Assembly (NCBI RefSeq): GCF_009914755.1
Contig: NC_060927.1
Reading direction: 5' to 3' (one strand)
Source of the DNA: the human T2T-CHM13v2.0 reference genome, Homo sapiens
Length of the DNA: 64,000 nt
A model generated the notes under the pieces. It worked only from the letters and a program-made list of their open reading frames with translations. It made no database searches and was not told the origin of the DNA. The position numbers and the translations under genes were made by a program. How positions within the stretch are numbered: the stretch's first letter is position 1; each line of letters begins with the position of its first letter. Shown piece after piece: positions 1-13,119 of this stretch.

Positions 1-660
1 AAATCATGTACTATGTTAGGTGGTGTTAAGTGCTATACATAAAGATAGAAAAGGAAGGTGGATGAGGGTGTTGGTGTGGGAATTGTATTTTTTAAAGGGT
101 ACTCAGGGAAGGCTTTCTTGGGAAGGTGACACATGAGCTGGAGGAGGTGAGGGAGTGAGCCATGTGATAATCTGGGGAAGATTTCCAGGTACAGGGAACA
201 GCCTGTGCAAATGTCTGCAGCAGGAGTGTGCCCAGCATGTTAAGAAAAAGCAAGGGGGCCCCTGTGGAACCACAGAGTGAACAAGGGGAGAAGAGTAGAG
301 CAGGTCAGGGAGATAGCAGGAGCCAGACCTTGTAGGCCTTTGCATGGAGGGAAATGGGACTTCACCAGCGGGTTTTGAGCAAAGCAGTGATGGGATCTGA
401 TTTGTGTTTTAATAAGATCACTCTGGCCACTGCATAGGGGCTTAGGTTAGAGGCACAGAGACTCTTGGGAGGTGGTTTCAATGATCTAGGAAGAGGTGGT
501 GGCAGTAGAAGTGGTAAGCAACAATTTTTTTCCAGACATACTCTAAAGGTAGAGTAGACGAGATTTACTTCACCATGCGGTGGATGTAGTGTGTGAAATG
601 GAAGAGTCAGGACTAGTGCTAAGGTTTCAGCCTGAATAACTAGAAGGATGTGGCTGCTCT
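1..660 (-). mobile_element. L2 (L2a-like) LINE 3' region remnant
   Basis: Matches the L2 reverse-complement pattern (cagggaaggctttcttgggaaggtgacac...gagtgagccatg...ccaggtacagggaacagc...gagcaaagcagtgatgggatctgatttgtgttttaataagatcactctggc). Confidence 0.85.
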
Positions 661-1399
661 AAGTCCTCTTTCTGCAAGTTCCCTTTCCTACACCTCATAA
701 TTCTAGATATGGGGCTTCTCACCACAAGCACATGGAGGCTACTGAACAGTCACATTGCAGCAAGTTGGCTTTCTGCTCTCTGACCCCTCCCCATCCATCA
801 GCTGAGGTCTCTAAACAAACCTGATCCTTCTCCAGCGCCTTCCCCTCTATCTTCCATTGCCAGGAAGAGAGCAGAAAACCAGGGTGACAACATGTGGCAG
901 CTTTGTCTTCTTAGTTGGTTTGTATTATAGAAAAATATTCACCATGTTCTCCTCCAGTGTACCTTGATTTTGTGCATGTTTTGTTCTATACAATGACTGA
1001 TATTTACTTTTGATAGCTATATGCATTCCTTGGTGTACTGAGCATTTATTTCGGAAGTCCTGAATGATATTTTGAAGCCTTTCAATTTAGATTTAAGAAT
1101 ACTTAAAACCTAAGCTCTCCAAAATAACACAACTATTTCACAAAAAACTAGCATTAGATTTCAGTCTCCAGATTGAACACATTTCTAGAGCACTTATCAG
1201 GTAGATTTCCAGGTAGAGGGATCAGCCTGTGCAAATATTTGCAGCAGGAGTGTGCCCAGCATGTTTAGTGAAGCCATTACTAAATTTGGTGAGGTTGGGA
1301 ATGAGGTATAATTTCAAAGATGAATAAAATATAGCCTTAGGGAAATTAGAAACTAGGGAGAAAGGTAAAATAACCTACTTTTTCTTCCTTCCTCCCTGA

Positions 1400-2120
1400 A
1401 ACGTATTAAACATCAAATAGGTTCAAGAATTACATAAGATGCTAAAGGCACAAATACACAAAATAGATCTGGTCCCTGATTTTGAGGGGTATAGTCTGCT
1501 GAGGGAGACATCAGCCTCCAACTAAACTCACTATAACAGGAGATGGAAAATCTTTCAGAAGAGAGCCATAAACAAAGAGCCACTATAATAGTGCATTAAA
1601 TATTTCAAATTTACTAAAAGAGTAGATTTTAAATGTTTTCACCACAAAAAAATAAGGATGTGAGGCGATGCATTTGTTAATTCGCCTGATTTAATCATTC
1701 CACACTGTAAGCGTATATCAAAGCATCATATTGGGTCCCAAAAACATATAGAATTGGCATTTCTCAATTGAAAATAACACTAAAAAACAAACCAAAAAAG
1801 CGCCCAAAGAGCCATTAGACCACAGATGAAGGAGTATGGAGTATTTAAAGCTGAGTCTTGGGATTAGGGAATTTTGCAGATAGGTGGTGATATCTGAACT
1901 GGCCGGTTAAAGGATGGACATTTCTGCAAAAGGAGAAAGAACATTTTTGGCTGAGGGAACAGCATGAGATCCTCCAAAGTGTGTAGCAGTTTTAGAGAAG
2001 AGTCCCAGTAGAGGATACTGAGGGGATTCTGGTGATAATGAGGAGATTAGGAAGTGAGCCAGGGCCATGTGGTAAAGGAAGTGAAGCCTCCAGTGTAGAG
2101 AGAATAGAGCATTCACTCCT
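1400..2120 (-). mobile_element. Degenerate L2 remnant interrupted by an L1M 3' end
   Basis: L2-like segments (ggtccctgattttgagggg...; gctgagtcttgggattagg...gagggaacagcatgag...gccagggccatgtgg) on both sides of the L1 fragment. Confidence 0.55.
1586..1804 (+). mobile_element. L1MA-type 3' end fragment with A-rich tail
   Basis: aaaagagtagattttaaatgttttcaccacaaaaaaa...gatttaatcattccacac...atatcaaagcatcata is typical L1MA 3' UTR; flanked by candidate TSD caaagagcca(c/t)ta at 1573-1585 and 1805-1817. Confidence 0.8.
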
Positions 2121-2609
2121 TCACCAAGGCTGGGGTCTCCTTGCCCACAAGCAGATGTTCTAACATGGGTGTCTTCCAAGTGAACACAGTCAGCAAGAGC
2201 CTTATCACAAGTTTCTTTAATAGGCTCTTCAGGGAAATTTACAGAACTTCTCACTGAACTAAATCAGTGGACATTTTGAAAGCTGGAAGGCAATTATAAG
2301 CTGGGCCAGAAACACAAAATGAGGAAAGGATCTTGTGGAAAATGGAGCTGTTTCAGCAGGCAGGAAACACAGGGAAGTGGTTCTAACACACTACTACTAC
2401 CTAGTTCCTTCTCTGCTCACCTCCATATCCTGTGGCCCCTGGAAAAGATGAGACCTGGGTAAAACTGGTAATACCTATCCAGTCATTTGACACGTGAAAG
2501 GTTCCCAAGACTCAACTGCCACATTAGCCTTGCACAGATGCTTAACATTTCATTATATTTACTCTTTTAGCTGCAAAGAAAAAGATGAAATGCAAACTCT
2601 TTTGAAGGA

Positions 2610-2719
2610 ACAGTGCAGCTAAGTTGAAAGAACACTGGATCAAGAATCAAGAAACCTAACCTCATTTTTACTTCACCTGAAGAGCTGTGTGGCCCTAGGT
2701 ACAATAGGGCCACACAATT

Positions 2720-2720
<1 letters not shown>
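2610..2720 (+). mobile_element. MIR fragment
   Basis: gaaagaacactggatcaagaatcaagaaacct...gctgtgtggccctagg resembles the MIR 5' half. Confidence 0.5.
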
Positions 2721-3240
<520 letters not shown>

Positions 3241-4112
3241 CTATTTTTTGTCCCACTAGCTTCTGGGAACCAAGTAGAGTTGCATTTTGTGGCCCCCTTG
3301 TGGTGAGGTGGGGCCATGGGAACAGTTCTGGCCACTGAGTGGGAAGTAGAAGGGGCAAGTGTCTCTTCCTGACTGGAGCATGGAATTGCCAGACTGAGAC
3401 TGTCCCAGGTTGTTTTTCCCTCTGGCTTTGCAAGCAACCACTTTGGGATCTCCAAGTGACCACCATAAGCAGAGCACCCTGCCTACCTGCAATGAAAAAG
3501 AAGCCTGAGGGCTTGTTACATGTCGCTGAGGTGTGGAGCTTGTTAGCGCAGCCTAACCTAGCTTAGACTGACTGATAACCATCCTCTGGTGATTTGTACA
3601 CAGTCAGCCTGATGCCAGGCTTTGACAAACTCGGGCTAGATGATCTTTCGGGTGCTTTCTACGTCTGAACTTTGTTGGTTCTGTAAACAGGTTATTAGCT
3701 ATTAACTTCTGGTAAGATGCTTACTGGCCATCCGATGGGAAAAGCCCTTGTCAGGTCTTTCTGAGAGCTGCTCTTGCAAAATAGGCAGTGTGAAGAGATT
3801 AGATTGGGGATGGGGGCAGGGCAGAGCTCTCAGAGAGAGCAGCTATATAGTTGGGAGCAAGGAGTAGGTACATTCCCAAGGGTCAATTCAAGTTGGCCTG
3901 AAAGCCAACTTGGCAGCTGGAATTTCTATTTCTACTTTTAACAATTCAACATTTCCTGCCACTAGAATTTGTATATAAATGAATGGGTAATCTGCTTCAG
4001 GGGTTTTCATCCTGGGTGAAGATGGTCCCTTAAAATTTTGCTTGCCTGGAAACCCTTTTGTATGAGGCCTAAACTCCTTAGCACTGTAATTTAGGCCACT
4101 TCAATCCACTCT

Positions 4113-4223
4113 TAGGATAAATACCCATCCTGATTTGCCCAGAATTATCCCAGTTTTGCACTGAAAGTCTGGCATCCTAGGAATTCCTCAGTTCTGGGCA
4201 AACTGGGACAGTTGGTCACCCTA
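4113..4223. mobile_element. MER81-like (hAT-Blackjack) MITE
   Basis: tcctgatttgcccagaattatcccagttttgcactgaaagtc...cctcagttctgggcaaactgggacagttggtcacccta, with the ggtcacccta terminus. Confidence 0.75.
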
Positions 4224-6648
4224 CAGGCCATTTTGTTTCTTTCTAATAACATCACTGTGAAGATAAATTCTCCTCACCCCACCCTGATACTTGGCAAAGT
4301 TAGGTTTCAAGCTCTTCCCATGTGCTCTGGCTCAAGTCAGAAAAAAATAAAACCTCAACAGCTTCTGTTCTGCAGAAAGAGGTTTACAGATTTCAATATG
4401 CTAGCCAAAAAGAAAAAAATTATTCTCAGCTTGATTCTTTTGCCAGCTTGATAGGCATCGGCAGAGATGGGTGGTTTCCAACAGCGTTTTTCGCCCCTGA
4501 GCTGGTTTTGAGCCTCGCAGCTCTGCCACTTGACGGCATCCAGGTTTCCAGACGCTGGCAGGGATGCTACAGTCTGTCACCATCAGGCCTGCTTTGAGTT
4601 TTTCTGTTCTGACAGCTAGACAAGATGTCATTTGAAGGGTGTTTAGTACTTGGGTGGTTGTTTTCAGGGTGGGTGAGCCCCAGAGTAGATTTGATTCAGG
4701 AAACATTAAATGTTGGAGGCTGGTCTGTATCCTACTTGAAGAGTCAGATTAAAGGGTTGTATAAAATTAGGCACTTTTTATTCTGCAATTAAATAAGTTC
4801 ACTGCCCTTTTGCTAAAAATGGATAATGGACAACTGAATGGCAGCTTGTTGGAAAATGGTGAAACCCAGAGTGGCTAAAGCTGATACAGCATTTGCTTCA
4901 CCACCGTCTTTTTACAAGATATTATGAAGTGACTAAGGAGAGTATATTCAACTTTCAGAAAATACTTCTGAGTGAACTCTTTGCCTGAATGTCCTTCTAC
5001 TCTGCAGCCTAGTAGCCCGATAGTAAAGAATGATTTGCTGAAAAGCCCGATTTTCCCTTTCTTCATCACTCTCTTCCCTCCTTTAGCTCTCAAAAAGTCC
5101 TGGGTCTCAGACCAAAGGTTGTTCTAGAAACAACTTGCTCTTGGAGAAATGTACCAAAGGAAAATGGAGTGCAAAAGCAAAAAAAGTCTATTTCTAGGGA
5201 GACCAAATTAGGAAGAAATGAGAACATGAGATATGAGTAGAAAGAAAGGAAGGGAAATAAGGACCTTTCTAGAGGCAGGGATGGTTCATGTGGTAGGCAG
5301 TCATTAGGTGCCAGGGAATATAGTTGAAGATGTGCTGGGATAGGCTTCTTGTTTCATATATTCACACTGGCACAGGAACCGCATCAGAACTTGTACTATT
5401 TCTTCTTTTAGATGAAGTTGGGTCCTCCTCAGAAAACTTCCATTCTGTGAAAACTCCCTTGGAATGGATTCCTCAGAGAGGTTTTGTTCTTCTGGCAGGA
5501 GAAGGAGGGCACCTGAAGGGGTAGGGGCACCTGGAAGGTGAAAAAGCATGGGAAGGAGGGTAAAGGCAATGAATATCATTTTTTCTACTTCAGTACCTTT
5601 CCAACAGCTGGCCCCATGGGAAGGAAAAGAAAACAAGAAAGAGTAAGAATAAAATTGTTTGGATTGGACTTTTCTCCTAACCAACCTCCTCATGAATTTA
5701 ATCTCAGTAAGATTTGTGCAAGTAGAGTTTGCCTTAATGTCATTTATTTCTTTAAGACTTTGGCTTTTCCTGCCAATGCCAAAGTGCCAGTCAGAGTACC
5801 TTTAGGGCTTTCTAAATCTGGGGCTTTGAGGGAGACATCCGTGTTTGAGAAACATGTGCCCTAAGGAAGCTCAGAGATGAGGATGATGATAAAAGTGCTA
5901 CTTTGGGAATCTTGTCTGCTCCAATAAGCCACATCACTCACAGTCTCCATGGCCCCCACTCCTTGTTTCTAAAATGCCTGGTTGTTTAGTGCCTTCTAGA
6001 TCTTTAAGTCTATTAGCTTAGAAAGAAGCTTATCAGAGAAGAAACCAGTCTGTGTTCTGCTTTAGACAAAAGGAGGATCTTGTTGGATGGAAGAAAAAAA
6101 AAAAAGCATCCAAGTTAAAGATATACATATTGCCTACAATAAAAATAATTATTTTAATATGCTTTTCAAAAAAGCATATTTAAAACATTATTTCAAAATT
6201 AAATAAAATGTCAGATATGGCACAGTTACCTAATTTAGAAGAAACAAAAGCAAAATAAATTATACTAAGAGAAACTTTTGTAGAATATTATTTTAAGTAA
6301 AACCAGAAAAGGAAGTTTAATTTAGGTAATAACTTTATAAATGAACACAGCAAAATACATTCTTGACATTTTTCTGAATGTTAGACTCTTTCAGAAGTTT
6401 ATTCATTCTCATAAGCAGTGATTTCCCTGTGATTAGCTCATTAAGTATATCTATAAATTAAAGTGAGCACTTTCTATTTTGTGTATTTGTTGTATTCTGC
6501 AGATTGGATTTCAATTTTTTTAATGTAGTTTTTCTGATTATAAATCATGAAAGATTTAATCACCTCTTTAGGTCAAAGAAATTGTATGGCTCTTCTTATC
6601 GCCCTCAAGCTTCTAAGCAATGGGTATTTCAAATAATTCAATCATGAT

Positions 6649-7318
6649 TGTTACTGGTGGAAGGTATCCAAGTTACCAGCAGTGAATCCATACAGGTCTC
6701 TAGCAGTCTCAATTCTTGCCTCCTCAGAAGAAATAATTTGACAAAGGGGCATAAGGCAGAAAAAGAGACCGAGGCAAACTTTAGAGTAGGAGTGGAGTTT
6801 TATTTTAAAAGGCTTTAGAACAGAAAAGAAAAGATACTCTTGGAAGAGACCCAAGTGAGTAACTTGAAGAACAAGTGTGGTGTTTAACCGTGATCCTAGG
6901 ACTTTATACGCTGGCCCCTTTTCCATGATTCTTCCTTTAGGGTGGGATGCCTTCATGCGCAGTGCCCTCCTTGCCATTGACAGGTGAGCACACACAGTGT
7001 GTTTAGGAAGTTGCACAAATGCCCATCTGAGGCTTTCTTCCCTTTTCCAGTGGTGTGCCCTTGGAAGGTCGTTCTCTGCCATTATGTCTCTTAATGCACA
7101 TGACAGGGAAGTTGCATCTCTCTGGCATCTGCATTCAATTGACACTTCAGTGCAACAGGTGTGGACCATCAGGAAATGACCTCTCCCTGGTACTGGCTGC
7201 CAATTTATCACTTTTAGAGAGGCAATGTGATAATTGCCAAACCATCACCCGACATTCCTACTGGGTGGGGAAAGAGCCCTTTCCTGCCCTGCTCATGCCT
7301 GTCTAACTACCTGTAACA
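6649..7318 (-). mobile_element. Complete solo ERV1-class LTR, MER50-like
   Basis: 670 bp bounded by tgtta...taaca inverted termini with an exact 4-bp TSD tgat (6645-6648, 7319-7322); the reverse complement begins tgttacaggtagttagacaggcatgagcagggcagg as in MER50. Confidence 0.85.
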
Positions 7319-7619
7319 TGATTATCAATATAAGTGTAAAATTAGGTCAAATTTACTTATTAGACACAGGGCATTGTTTAAAGTCACCTCACCTCATCTC
7401 TGAGGAAATCTACCAATTTCTTTACCAAACTGGGGCCAGATGCTCAAAGGTTCCCTTACCTGATAATGGTGACCACCAACAGTCTTGGAGCAAATGGGAG
7501 AGGTCCCAAAGGAAAGATGAATCTTTGAGAACCAAAGCCAGGGCTGCAAGGCCCAGCTTCCCTTTCATGTCAGCTCCTTATCCTTTGCTGATCCTGGAGG
7601 ATCTGAACCTGATTCATTC

Positions 7620-7655
7620 ATTCTTGCTTGCTTGCTTTCTCTTGCTTGCTTGCTT

Positions 7656-7685
<30 letters not shown>
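7620..7685. repeat. (TTGC)n/(CT)n/poly-T low-complexity tract
   Basis: ttcttgcttgcttgctttctcttgcttgcttgctttctctctctc followed by a T run. Confidence 0.9.
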
Positions 7686-7687
<2 letters not shown>

Positions 7688-9021
7688 CTGTATGCTACTC
7701 TACAATCTCTGTAGACTTACAAAATTTTCCTCTTCAAATTGAAAAGTACTATGCATTCTAGAAGGTTGGCTGGGTCAGGGCAGATGTGGCCAGGGTGATT
7801 GACACAGGGATGAAGTCCCAGGATTCAAAAGGGTGTGGAGCGGGGTGACTGCTGAAGCAGCCCCGGGCCAGAAAAAACAAAGAATGACCACCTTTGTGCT
7901 GTAGGGATTGCCCGAGGCCAAGCCAGGGAGCTGAATGTTGTGATCTAACCTTAGGGAATGAGTACAGAGCTGGACAGAGAGACAAGCCCAAAGGTTAGAA
8001 TTGGCCTAGGGATAGAATAGAGATCAAGAGCAAACAGAAAGTGATGCAGGGGATTTAATGGGGTTTCATGTTCTCAGATAAAAATGCACAGTCCTATCTT
8101 TTAATCCAGTGGCATTTCCCATTATTTAGTATAATTTTAAAACATTTTTGTTGGCTGCATATATTCCATTATAGCTGTAGTGTAATGTCTTTAGCCATTT
8201 CCTTATTGTTCAGTTACAGTGATTGATTTTCAAGATTGATTCTCATTTTTAATACATTCAAAAATTAAAATGGAAAGGACAATTACTAGACAGATCTGTA
8301 TTCACCAGTGTAAGTAGAAAAATATAGATTTTTCATTGTTAACAATATAAACATACTTAACAAGCAGGGGCAATCTTGCAGCCATTAGGGTGAATCAGTG
8401 TTTTAGACCAAGCAACTCTGAATGCTGAAAATGGTGTGAATGAGCGGGCACTCTTGGAGATGTGTGCAGGATATGGACTTATTTTTTTAAAATCCAAACC
8501 ATTATAGAAGAAAAGAGTCAGAGATTTTTCTTAGAAGAATAAAGTTAAGACTAAATTAAATGGTAAAGAAAATTCACCGCGTATTTGTTATTGTACTTTT
8601 AAAAATTCTTCTCTAAGTTCAGGTTCCATTTGTTAATTTAAAAAACATATCGCTGCTATTTATACTGGGTTTCATTTCTGTAGAAAAGACATAAATGTCT
8701 TATGGTCAAGGTGTCACTCTGTTATCTATGCTTGGAAAAAGTCTGGTCAATTTGTTCATGAAGACCAAGGGAGGCATCACGGATCACCTGGCAACTGTTA
8801 ATTGAAATATGTATGATATGGTAACCAGTGCCAGAACCCTGCAGACCCAGCAAAAATCAAAGGAAGTAGAACCTTGTATCTGGAGCTAATCCTATAAAAA
8901 ATTTGCTTCTGAAATAGGATTGGAGTGAGGTCTTTAAACAGGAACCAGGATTGAAATTAGGTTCAGAGTTCCTGGAAGGTTGATGAAGGCTCTGAGCTGG
9001 GACTGTGAGAGCCCCTTCAAG

Positions 9022-9062
9022 GAGCAAAGAGCCTCACAGAGCAAAGAGTCTCGCAGAGCAAA
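9022..9062. repeat. 17-bp tandem repeat, about 2.4 copies
   Basis: gagcaaagagcctcaca / gagcaaagagtctcgca / gagcaaa. Confidence 0.85.
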
Positions 9063-10171
9063 AAGCAGTATAGCAAGGACAGTGTTTCTTCTCCCAGTCT
9101 GGTCCTTAGACATCCTAATAATATTCTAACACCACGTTTCCCAACACTCTGTGACCTTGAGCTGATTCTCTTCAGTCTGTCTTCTTGGGAAGTTCTGGTG
9201 TGAGCCCAACCAAGACTGCATCCCTGTGATACAAGTGTGAGTTACATCATAGTCTATTTCTTGCTAAGGCCAAAGTAGAGGAAGTCGAGGTAAATTTGCA
9301 AATGCTATTTGAGCCAGTGGCCATGGAAATAATTATGCTCACATTCTTCACAACAGAAAACGCAAGAGCATGCCTCACATGCCTCACATCCTGTGGGCAG
9401 CTCCACTCACAGTTCAAACTCTCTGCAGCATCTGTTCACCAGCTGCACAGCAAATCTCTTGAGAAGCCCACAACAGTTGAGGGCTTAGTATCCAAGCTCT
9501 TTGCACACCAACCTCCAGCTTTGACAAGTCTGTCCTTTCACGTCAGGGGCATTTAATGATTAAAGAATCTCAGCTCTCCTAGTCTTAGGGAGTTGGAAGT
9601 ATTGGCAGATAAGAGAGACTGGGCTGTGATGGTGCAGGTGTTTTGGTAAGTTCCCTCCCACCAGATGTTTCACTGAAGCCTCCAGTTCCACAGCCACATG
9701 TCTAGTAAGTCAATTCTGAAGGTATATGATCTGACATCACAGCAAAGTAGTGGGGTCCGGTGGCACTGCAGCCTCTCATGACAAGCGAGGTCTTTGTAAA
9801 TTTTCCCTGTGTCCTCCTCACTTGGCTCAGAGAATTCCCCTGTCCTCTCCCTTGCCTGGTCAGAAACAAATGCAGCCAGCCCAGGCCAGTTGCAGCTGCA
9901 GTGAAAGGCACAGTCCAATTCTCTTTAAGTTTTTCTCTCTGAAGAGCTTCCTGGTGACAACAGCACCAGAAGCTCCTCGCCTTGCCATGACCTTGGCTCC
10001 TTTTGCCTCCTTGGCTGTCCTACTCTCACCCCAGCAAGAAGTCAATTAGAGGAACAAGCAAGTCTGAATCTCCCAACTGCTCTTCCTAAACTAGCTCCTG
10101 CCACTACTGCATTCTTATGACCATATGCCTGCCACCCCAGATCCCATGTACAGGAAGAGATCTGTTTATGG

Positions 10172-10420
10172 CAGTGATTCTCCAAGTGTGTCCTGGCTGC
10201 AGCATCCATATCATCTGGGAACCTGTGAGAAAGGCAAATTGTCAGACCTCCGCCCGGATCTACTGAATCAGAAATACTGGGATTGATGCCCAGCATTCTG
10301 TGTTTAACAGGCCTGCCAGGTGATTTAGATACATGCCAAGGTTTGATAATTTGCATTTCGAACAGTTTTCTCAGATAATGCTGGTGCTGTTGATCTGAGT
10401 ACCATGTAGTGAGAACCACT
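10172..10420. mobile_element. MER5A/MER5-family remnant(s)
   Basis: cagtgattctccaagtgtg...ggatctactgaatcagaaatactggg...ctgtgtttaacaggcctgccaggtgattt...gagaaccact. Confidence 0.85.
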
Positions 10421-10450
10421 TATGCACTTGGGGAAATGGTTATTCTATAC

Positions 10451-10657
10451 TAGTGGTTGGCAAACTATAGCCACTTGTCCAAATACAGTCTACCACTTGT
10501 TTTTGTAAATAAAGCTTTATTGGAATATAGCCACACCCATTAATTTACATATTGTCTATGGCTTTCTTGCTATAATGGCAAAGTTAAATAGTTGTGACAG
10601 AGACCATATGTCTTGCAAAGCTGAAAATATTTATGAAAAAGGGGTGTCGATCTCTGC
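10451..10657. mobile_element. MER58A-like (hAT-Charlie)
   Basis: ggttggcaaactatagcc...gtttttgtaaataaagctttattggaatatagccacaccca...gttaaatagttgtgacagagaccatatg. Confidence 0.85.
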
Positions 10658-11101
10658 TTACACAGACATATCATTTTTGGACAAACTACATACCATCTTG
10701 CCAAATGGAGTTTAGGCAAAGACAACAATAATAACACAAGGGGGAACTGGGCACTTGCATATTTTTTATGTCTGGAAATGAAAGGGCTTTCTTCAAACCT
10801 ATGAAAGCAGCTCTAGCTGAGATCAGAAGGCTCTGGTAGAGACTGTTACTAGCAGTGTGCCTCCCACCCACCCCAGGTCTGAGGGATAGACCAGAGGAAG
10901 AATTTGCAGGTTCACAGGAATGGAGAGGCAGGAATGCCTGGGTGTCGGTTGTGTAGAGAAGAGGCTAATTTTTGGTAGTCTAAGCATTCCTTGACTTAGA
11001 AAAAAAAACCCTACTTTTTTTTATGGCAACATACTCATGACTTTTTCAGATCAACATGTCTGTAAAATGAAAGGTTGTATATCAAAGGCATATTTGATTA
11101 G

Positions 11102-11535
<434 letters not shown>

Positions 11536-11789
11536 TTTGTGGATTCTTTTTACAGTGATTGAATACACTTTCCCCACTCTTCCCAGTTGCGAGTGTTCCC
11601 AGAACAAGAGCAGTCTGTAAATGTCTAAAGCTGGGGAGTGTCATTAAGTCAGAACTCCAGTTTAGACGTATGGTTCAGTTTCTGATACTTATCTGGCAGG
11701 GAGCAGGACAGGGATATGCTCCAGGGGAGGGGTATTTAAGATATACAGATAATGGGAATAGCCATTCTGGGATAGCAGTCCCTGAAGGT

Positions 11790-12020
11790 CAACAATGTAA
11801 TGTGGCAGAGTGGCAAGAAAGTTTCTGGAATTTGAATACCCAGGTTGAAATTTCAGCCCTGTCATTTTCTACTGGAGTGGCCTTGGGCAAGTTACTTAAC
11901 TTTAACCCTCTGAACCTGTTTCCTCGTCTATAAAATAAGGATAATTATATCTACATCCGAGATTAACTAAAACTTGATAAATTCCTAACATGGTATAAGG
12001 GTACTTAATCAATATTTTCA
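11790..12020 (+). mobile_element. MIR
   Basis: ggccttgggcaagttacttaac...ctctgaacctgtttcctcgtctataaaataagggataat MIR core. Confidence 0.85.
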
Positions 12021-12689
12021 TTTGCCCCACTGGCCCATTGTTAAAAATTTTCCTTTTGTTTATGGTCCTTTCATTTTGTTATTTTAGAAAATTTAGCAGA
12101 ACTCAGAAAAGAGTGACTCTTTGGCAACAAATTGTGCTGCTTTAAGAGAGCTAAAATAACTTCCCTAAATTTCAGGAAAGTGCTTCATTTATTTATCTCC
12201 ACTGAGGAGCTGTCTTTGAAATTGCTTCTTCCTGGGTTTAATACCTCTACAAAATGTGGGAGGGAGAATTGTGGGCCAGAGGACAAGGATTCCAAGCATA
12301 GCCTATTACCTATGGGGAAAATAAAACGAAGTAGAAAGATGATTCTAACAGAACGGGGTTCCAGACCTGCTTGAGACATTGACCAGGCAAACATTTTTAC
12401 TTCACATCTCCCTGAAAGTAGAGCAATCCCAACTGTATTTACCTGTTTCAAAAAGTCATGTGACTTAGATGGCACAGAGGAGGGGCAGAGTGATGGCACA
12501 TGGGAGAAAAAGAGATCATCATTATTAACTAGTATTTCAGCCTCTGTAGTTTGCAGATGCCCAAAAACTTATGGATCATTAAAAGAAGAAATGTTTTGAT
12601 CTCCAGAAACAAAAATAGGTAAGAAATACATCGATTAGCTTGGAGAAGAGAACCGAAGTGTTCTTGGTATAAAGCATGATTTCTCATTC

Positions 12690-12968
12690 GGGCCCCACTC
12701 ACAGACACCTCCTCAGAGAGGACTTCCAATCCACCATCTGAGGTCTCTCCTTCTCTCCAGCCATTCTCCTACCCCTACTCCTGCCCCTGCCACCAACCAC
12801 TGTAACATCATTTGAAATTCTATGGTGTATGTTTCTGATTACTTGTTTATTGTCAGTCTCTCTACCCAGTAGGAAAAACACCTTTCCCTTATTCACTGCT
12901 GTATCCTCAGGGGTTACAGCAGTATCTGACAGGCACTCAACAAGTATTTGATGAAGGAATGAATAAAT
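12690..12968 (+). mobile_element. L2 3' end
   Basis: cacctcctcagagagg...acttgtttattgtc...ttcactgctgtatcctcag...aggcactcaacaagtatttgatgaaggaatgaataa. Confidence 0.85.
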
Positions 12969-13119
12969 TATTCCTCCCAAAATACTTTTTAAAATCTGGC
13001 TAGAATTTGTGTCCTATTGTAAAAGGTAGATTTCAAGCCAAACTGACTCAGTAGTCTCTCATTTCAGAAAAACTCTCTCCTATTTCTGGGCTCAAGTTTA
13101 TCACTCACTTACTAATTTC

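Noticed and set aside
3889-3912. Hairpin caagttggc-ctgaaa-gccaacttg
   Set aside because: A 9-bp stem with a short loop is expected about once or twice by chance in 64 kb, and there is no miRNA-length stem or other RNA context.
6651-7211. 186-aa ORF on the minus strand
   Set aside because: Lies wholly inside the solo LTR and has no gag, pol or env similarity.
7234-7761. 175-aa ORF with a hydrophobic C-terminus
   Set aside because: Starts in the LTR at a TTG, and the hydrophobic stretch is translated (TTGC)n/poly-T.
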